DNA from: Clostridia bacterium
Lineage (GTDB): Bacteria; Bacillota; DULZ01
Assembly: GCA_012512955.1 (NCBI GenBank)
Contig: JAAZDD010000072.1
Location: 1 to 60,561, forward strand
Direction of reading: 5' to 3'
Length of the DNA: 60,561 nucleotides
Shown one piece after another: positions 55,966 to 60,561 of this stretch; the first letter of the stretch is position 1; each line of letters opens with the position of its first letter. The notes under the pieces are model-generated. The model was not told the origin of the DNA and searched no databases. It saw nothing but the letters and a program-made list of their open reading frames with translations. Position numbers and translations under genes: made by a program.

Positions 55966-56809
55966 TGGAGGCTCCCTCCTGGAGTTTTTCTTTCAAAACA
56001 GCAAAAAAAGTCCTCCCTTTCAGGCGTACCAACCGGGTATAAAAAGGCGCCTTACGAACAGTTACCACGTCCTCCTTTTTGAGCACTACCCCCTGTTGCC
56101 CGTCTACTGTTAGCATTGCCTCCACATCCTGGGTAACCATGGAGATGCAGACAGATTCTGTTGGGGAAATGACCATGGGGCGGGAGTACAAATTATGGGG
56201 ACAAATGGGAGTGAGAATCATTGCTTCCAGTTCCGGAGTGACAATGGGCCCCCCTGCCGATAGGCAATAAGCAGTGGAACCTGTGGGAGAAGAGACAATA
56301 ACACCGTCGGCAGGAAAAGTATCTACATATTGCCCTGACACCGAGACTCTCAACCTGATCATCCGGGAAAAAGCTCCCTTGGTTATAACCATATCATTTA
56401 GGGCATAAAACAGTTCCGGAGCTCTCCTGGCTCTTATAACTTCTGCTTCCAGCATCATCCTGTTTTCCAAGGCAATGTCCTGCCTAGCCAAGGCGTCCAA
56501 TCCCTCCTGCAGGCCGGACAGTTCAATTGCCGTTAAAAAGCCAAGATGTCCCAAATTAATGCCCAGCAAAGGAATCCCTAAAGGTGCCAATTTCCTGGCC
56601 ACATTCAAAAAAGTACCGTCACCGCCCAGTACCAGGACACAATCCAAATCTGCCGGATACCTTACAGTGGATCCGGCATTATGCAAATAGCTATCCAGTG
56701 CTTCACCTGTGACCAGGTGGATTCCTTTTTTGGCGGCCCAGTCGATAATATATTGGGCCACAGCTTCCGCTCTCTGTTTTTCCGGATTAGTTACCAAACC
56801 TATTCTCAT
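55949..56809 (-). CDS. nadK: NAD kinase
   Basis: 286 aa. GGDGTFL motif, NLGHLGFL and SSPTGSTAY motifs. Confidence 0.93.
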   Translation of the reverse strand: MRIGLVTNPEKQRAEAVAQYIIDWAAKKGIHLVTGEALDSYLHNAGSTVRYPADLDCVLVLGGDGTFLNVARKLAPLGIPLLGINLGHLGFLTAIELSGLQEGLDALARQDIALENRMMLEAEVIRARRAPELFYALNDMVITKGAFSRMIRLRVSVSGQYVDTFPADGVIVSSPTGSTAYCLSAGGPIVTPELEAMILTPICPHNLYSRPMVISPTESVCISMVTQDVEAMLTVDGQQGVVLKKEDVVTVRKAPFYTRLVRLKGRTFFAVLKEKLQEGASNDEPV

Positions 56810-56848
56810 AAGCCAATTCCTGCCTCTTTTCTATATCGATCAATACGG

Positions 56849-57682
56849 CTAGCACAGAGAATTGTGGGCTGCCTGAACCGTAGCCTCCACTGCCGCATCC
56901 TGCAGCAAGGCAGGAACCGGGTTCTTGGTCAGCCAAATAAGATACTCTATATTGCCTTCCGGTCCGGTTATAGGGGAGTAGTCTAACCCGCCCGGGTTGA
57001 GACCAAGTTCATTTCCTTTCTCCATAATCTTTATAATAACCTGCCGGTGAGCTTTAGGGTCTTTGACCACTCCATGTTTTCCAACTTGGTGCCTGCCCGC
57101 TTCGAATTGAGGTTTAATCAACAGTATGTAATCGGCGGTTTCCCGAGCCAAAGGGACTACAGCCGGCAGTACCAAACTTAATGAAATAAAAGAAACATCC
57201 ACCGTGACTATATCGACCGGTTGTCCTCCAATTTGGTCCAGGGTCAGGTAGCGAACATTGGTCCTTTCCAAAACAGTGACCCGGGGATCCTGTCTCAGTT
57301 CCCAGGCTAACTGCCCATAGCCCACATCAACGGCAATCACCCGGGTAGCACCGTGTTTTAAGGCACAGTCAGTAAACCCTCCGGTTGAAGCACCTACATC
57401 CAGTACAGTCTTCCCTTTCATTTCCACCGGAAAAACAGCCAGTGCCTTCTCTAACTTCAGGCCTCCCCTGCTCACATAAGGAAGATCCTGGCCGGTGACA
57501 GCAATGTTCGCAGTTACCGGGACTTGTGTCCCCGCCTTGTCCTTTTTTTGCCCGTCCACCAGCACCCGACCGGCCATAATGGCCCCTTGGGCTTTCTGCC
57601 TTGTGGGGAAAAGACCTTTTTCCACCAAGAGCACATCTAACCTTTTTTTCTCCACAGGTATCTTCCTTTCCACATCTATCAA
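56849..57682 (-). CDS. tlyA: TlyA family rRNA (cytidine-2'-O)-methyltransferase
   Basis: S4 domain (KKRLDVLLVEKGLF) and FtsJ domain (SRGGLKLEKAL, LDVGASTGGFTDC, DVSFISL). The ORF begins with TTG at 57682. GTG at 57655 after GGAAAGGAAG is an equally good start. Confidence 0.9.
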   Translation of the reverse strand: MIDVERKIPVEKKRLDVLLVEKGLFPTRQKAQGAIMAGRVLVDGQKKDKAGTQVPVTANIAVTGQDLPYVSRGGLKLEKALAVFPVEMKGKTVLDVGASTGGFTDCALKHGATRVIAVDVGYGQLAWELRQDPRVTVLERTNVRYLTLDQIGGQPVDIVTVDVSFISLSLVLPAVVPLARETADYILLIKPQFEAGRHQVGKHGVVKDPKAHRQVIIKIMEKGNELGLNPGGLDYSPITGPEGNIEYLIWLTKNPVPALLQDAAVEATVQAAHNSLC

Positions 57683-57724
57683 TAGTATATGTCATTTGGC
57701 AAATTCATTCAAATCCCTGTTAAA

Positions 57725-57748
57725 GCAAAAAACGGCTTGACGCCGTTT
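57725..57748 (-). terminator. Rho-independent terminator after dxs
   Basis: Minus strand: AAACGGC-GTCAA-GCCGTTT followed by TTTGC (a run of six U in total). It starts 3 nt after the dxs stop. Confidence 0.6.
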
Positions 57749-57750
57749 AG

Positions 57751-59649
57751 CTAAGAAGTGATAAAGCCTGTTTTTCTCCTGCGGAAAAAGAATTTGTCCC
57801 GGATGGTTTTCAAGATACCGTCCGCAGAGAGACCATATTCTTCCCGTAACAAGTTCACGTTGCCATGAGGTATAAAAGCATCAGGCAAACCAATCCGGAC
57901 CACTTGGACCTCCTGAAGCTGATGACGGGCCAGCATTTCCAGGCCAGCACTGCCACAGCCTCCTGCAAGAACATTTTCTTCGACGGTAACAACCTTTTTA
58001 CATCTCCTGATGGCTTTCAAAAGGGTTTGTTCATCCAGAGGCTTGACACAACGTGCGTTAATGAGAGTACAATCAATTCCCTCCTTGTTCAGCTTTTCCA
58101 CTGCCCGGAGGGCATCGTAGACACAGGGCCCAAGGGCCAGGATCGCCAGGTCTTTTCCTTCCGACAGGATTTCCGCCACACCGATAGGGAGGGGATCATA
58201 TCTTTTCGCCAGGGAAACCCCTTTACCCTGACCCCGGGGATAGCGAATGGCTACGGGACCTTCATGCTGTAAAGCCCCCGTCAGCATCTGACTTAGCTCT
58301 AATTCGTCCTTTGGCGCCATGACCGCCAGGTTGGGAATGGAGCGGAGGTAAGACAGATCAAAAACCCCATGATGGGTTTCCCCGTCCTCACCTACAAGGC
58401 CGGCACGGTCCAAAGCGAACACCACCGGCAGCTTCTGCAGACAGACGTCGTGAAGGACTTGGTCAAAGCCCCGCTGCAGGAAAGTTGAATAGATGGCAAC
58501 CACCGGGCGGTACCCCCTGATGGCCATTCCGGCAGCCAAGGTAACTCCATGTTGCTCAGCAATACCCACATCAAAAAAACGTTCCGGAAATTCCCTGGCT
58601 AAATAGCTTAAGCCGGTGCCGTCGGGCATTGCTGCGGTAATGCCTACAATTTTAGGATTATGAGCAGCCAATTGGGTCAGGGACCGGCCAAAGACCTCCG
58701 TATAGGTCGGGGGCCCCGTTTTAGGCTTAGGTTGTCCCGTATCCACGTCAAAGGCCCCGACACCGTGGAAGGCATCCGGGTTGTTTTCCGCCGGCCGGTA
58801 ACCCTTTCCTTTTTTGGTTAAGACATGGACCAACACAGGCCCCTTAATTCCTTTGGCCTGCTGGAATACGGTAATCATTGTATTCAAATTATGACCGTCG
58901 ATGGGACCCAAATAAGTAAAACCCAGTTCTTCAAACAACATTCCCGGAACTACCAGGTATTTTAAACTGTCCTTAATTCTTTCCGCCATTTTGACTACTC
59001 TGGGACCGATGGACGGCAGTCGCTTCAAGATTTGTTCTATGTCTTCCTTACCTTTATAGTACCGGGGATCGGAACGCATCCTGGTCAAGTAGGAGGATAA
59101 AGCACCTACATTATTGGCGATGGACATTTCGTTGTCATTGAGTATAATAACCAGTTTGGTGCCAAGATGCCCGGCGTGATTGAGGGCTTCAAATGCCATG
59201 CCGCCGGTAAGGGCCCCGTCGCCAATGACGGCCACCACTTCATGATTTTCCTTGTTTAAATCCCGGGCCAGTGCCATTCCCAAGGCTGCGGAAATGGAGG
59301 TGCTGCTGTGCCCTGTATTAAAAACATCATGGGGACTTTCATCTATTTTGGGAAATCCGCTGATGCCCCCATATTGGCGCAAAGTGTTAATCCGGTCCAG
59401 TCGACCGGTCAGGATTTTATGTACATAAGATTGGTGTCCCACATCCCAGATGATCTTGTCCACCGGGGAATTGAAGACCCGGTGCAAGGCAATGGTTAAC
59501 TCCACTACCCCCAGGTTTGGCGCTAAATGTCCCCCTGTTTTGGATACGGTCAGGATTAATTTCTGCCTGATCGCATCAGCCAAATCGGTCATTTCTTCAA
59601 GACTTAGTGCTTTCAGTTGTGATGGATCCTTGATGTCCTCCAAACGCAT
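57751..59649 (-). CDS. dxs: 1-deoxy-D-xylulose-5-phosphate synthase
   Basis: 632 aa. [14 protein letters not shown], the TPP-binding [15 protein letters not shown], and a transketolase-like C-terminus. Confidence 0.96.
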   Translation of the reverse strand: MRLEDIKDPSQLKALSLEEMTDLADAIRQKLILTVSKTGGHLAPNLGVVELTIALHRVFNSPVDKIIWDVGHQSYVHKILTGRLDRINTLRQYGGISGFPKIDESPHDVFNTGHSSTSISAALGMALARDLNKENHEVVAVIGDGALTGGMAFEALNHAGHLGTKLVIILNDNEMSIANNVGALSSYLTRMRSDPRYYKGKEDIEQILKRLPSIGPRVVKMAERIKDSLKYLVVPGMLFEELGFTYLGPIDGHNLNTMITVFQQAKGIKGPVLVHVLTKKGKGYRPAENNPDAFHGVGAFDVDTGQPKPKTGPPTYTEVFGRSLTQLAAHNPKIVGITAAMPDGTGLSYLAREFPERFFDVGIAEQHGVTLAAGMAIRGYRPVVAIYSTFLQRGFDQVLHDVCLQKLPVVFALDRAGLVGEDGETHHGVFDLSYLRSIPNLAVMAPKDELELSQMLTGALQHEGPVAIRYPRGQGKGVSLAKRYDPLPIGVAEILSEGKDLAILALGPCVYDALRAVEKLNKEGIDCTLINARCVKPLDEQTLLKAIRRCKKVVTVEENVLAGGCGSAGLEMLARHQLQEVQVVRIGLPDAFIPHGNVNLLREEYGLSADGILKTIRDKFFFRRRKTGFITS

Positions 59650-59650
59650 T

Positions 59651-60241
59651 CTATTTCCTCCTTTTAGGAGCTTTCCGGCTCCGGGACCGGGCAGTGGTTT
59701 TAGGCATTAAGGCCAATGCTTGCCCCACTTTAAAAATCACTGCTTCCGCTTCCCGTAAAGCAAAATTCTTGCCCAGCCCTTTTCCCCCGATGGTAATTCC
59801 GGCAATAGAGGCTGTCATCAACGTACTCAATAAAACTTCCGGTAGCCCCAACCCCCCTGAAGCCAGCCGCATTACGATGGCGGCACCGATGGCCCCGCTT
59901 AAAGTACCGCTGATATCACCCACTACATCATTACAGAAGCTGGCCACCTTGTCGGCATTTTTGGTTAAAAGTACTGCTTCTTTAGCACCGGGAATTTTCC
60001 TGGCTGCTTTCGCATGGAATGCACTTTCGGCGGCTTTGGTTACTGCTGTCCCAATTATATCAAAAACAATACCCAAAAGTACAATTACCAGCAACAAGAA
60101 AACCGCCGGAATAATTGACGCCACTTTAGACAATAAGCTTTGGGAAACCAAACTCAAAAGAATAGCTAAAAAAAAAGCCCCCAACCCTAACAACAATGCA
60201 TGTTTAAAGGTGCTTTGGGGTACATTTTTGAAAAAAACCAT
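59651..60241 (-). CDS. oapA: Small membrane protein, probable OLE-associated protein A
   Basis: 196 aa. Four predicted TM helices and a DVVGD (DxxxD) motif in a cytoplasmic-facing segment. Its stop is 1 nt from the dxs start. It sits between a structured non-coding region and dxs, exactly the reported OLE-oapA-dxs arrangement. Confidence 0.65.
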   Translation of the reverse strand: MVFFKNVPQSTFKHALLLGLGAFFLAILLSLVSQSLLSKVASIIPAVFLLLVIVLLGIVFDIIGTAVTKAAESAFHAKAARKIPGAKEAVLLTKNADKVASFCNDVVGDISGTLSGAIGAAIVMRLASGGLGLPEVLLSTLMTASIAGITIGGKGLGKNFALREAEAVIFKVGQALALMPKTTARSRSRKAPKRRK

Positions 60242-60261
60242 TCAAACTTTCATCCCTTTAT

Positions 60262-60561
60262 TTCGTATGCTGTAGGTAGGAGTGGTGACTTAACGGGTAA
60301 ACTCTGCGCCTTAAGGTCCGGCAGGCTTTCCCAACAATCCACCTGTACGTCGCCGTTACTGGCGGTTTCCCTTTAAGGATTGCTCTGCTGTGTTACCACC
60401 GGCAGGGCCGGATTGCCACTTAGTACACACTTTAATCCCCGTTAAGCCTTACTTCACGTAAACAGTCTAGGAGATTTCCTCGGCAGATGTACCAACTTCT
60501 AGCCTCTTTAGCAGTATAGGTTTCAAATAGCATACCCAAAGGTTTATGGCCGTAAACCAAG
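60262..60561 (-). ncRNA. ole: Probable 3' portion of OLE (ornate, large, extremophilic) RNA, truncated by the window edge
   Basis: 300 nt with no ORF of useful length on either strand. It is GC-balanced and rich in long-range complementarity. One example is CTTAACGGG (60289-60297) versus CCCGTTAAG (60438-60446); there are also repeated GGATTGC and CCTGCCGG blocks. The genomic context (upstream of oapA-dxs-tlyA-nadK-argR-recN) is the published OLE context. I cannot reproduce the consensus from memory. Confidence 0.6.

Noticed and set aside
198-60275. All plus-strand ORFs in the supplied track (for example 537..872, 7031..7690, 33681..34262, 42560..42976, 52511..52975, 59694..60275)
   Set aside because: Each lies entirely antisense to a minus-strand gene with clear family motifs. 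Their translations are low-complexity (Pro/Ser/Arg/Thr-rich) shadow frames, and none has an RBS. They are treated as non-coding.
60420-60460. Plus-strand CCTTACTTCAC, reminiscent of a group II intron 3' end
   Set aside because: No domain V-like hairpin (AGC triad with GNRA loop) or domain VI bulged-A helix precedes it on the plus strand, and no intron-encoded protein is nearby.
60262-60561. TPP, cobalamin, FMN or ZTP riboswitch upstream of oapA-dxs
   Set aside because: I looked for CUGAGA/ACCUGA (TPP), the GCCACUG B12 box, FMN and pfl core motifs on the minus strand. None is present in the proper arrangement. The context fits OLE RNA instead.
60430-60561. Two short open frames entering from the right edge on the minus strand (ending near 60430 and 60468), as a possible 3' end of an upstream gene such as ispA
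   Set aside because: Both are under 45 codons, lie in different frames and show no recognisable C-terminal motifs. They fall inside the structured region, so they are more likely chance frames within the ncRNA. This cannot be fully excluded without sequence beyond the edge.
1-60561. CRISPR arrays, IS elements/transposases, integrases other than xerD, prophage genes, tRNA/rRNA genes
   Set aside because: No direct-repeat/spacer periodicity was seen. I saw no transposase-like or phage-like ORFs. No tRNA cloverleaf-sized conserved segments were found in the few intergenic gaps. xerD is the chromosomal dimer-resolution recombinase in its conserved context.

Overview
This window looks like a chromosomal segment from a spore-forming, anaerobic Firmicute (Clostridia, Peptococcaceae-like gene content). 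Every gene I can support, about 70 CDS and one partial ncRNA, lies on the minus strand. Many stop/start codons overlap, and a handful of Rho-independent terminators separate the operons. From the right edge leftwards the content is as follows. (1) The 3' part of a probable OLE RNA with oapA, then dxs-tlyA-nadK-methyltransferase-argR-recN. (2) spoIVB-spo0A, then a SteA-like / glycosyltransferase / DUF3866-like cluster. (3) spoIIM, xerD, punA, pdp. (4) The Bacillus-like dacF-spoIIAA-spoIIAB-sigF-(dodecin)-spoVAC/AD/AEB/AEA block. It is extended by three translationally coupled genes (two DUF2229 proteins and a BcrAD/HgdC-type ATPase activator) before lysA. (5) A DHH-CBS-CCA-adding enzyme, an M50 protease, trpS, scpA, and scpB carrying an in-frame TAA. 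(6) ytfI/ytfJ, spmAB, rluB, two orphan genes, and ilvC. (7) A long operon with a BaiN-like flavoprotein, a HutP-like protein, aroH, a TrpF-like protein, aroF, pheA, aroA, cmk, plsC, an ispH-S1 fusion and fni. (8) DUF1614-spoIIP, two tandem DUF3189 genes, a Tat-exported membrane-bound [NiFe] hydrogenase operon, and DUF512-der-plsY-gpsA. I saw no mobile elements, CRISPR arrays, rRNA or tRNA genes. The observations most worth following up are: the OLE/OapA locus cut by the window edge; the archerase-like activator module fused to the spoVA operon; a 112-nt rod-like hairpin between spo0A and the SteA-like gene; the nonsense codon in scpB; and a HutP-like protein plus a Cys-less TrpF paralog inside the aromatic amino acid operon. 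Functions are assigned by reading motifs in the supplied translations and by remembered synteny. No database search was possible.
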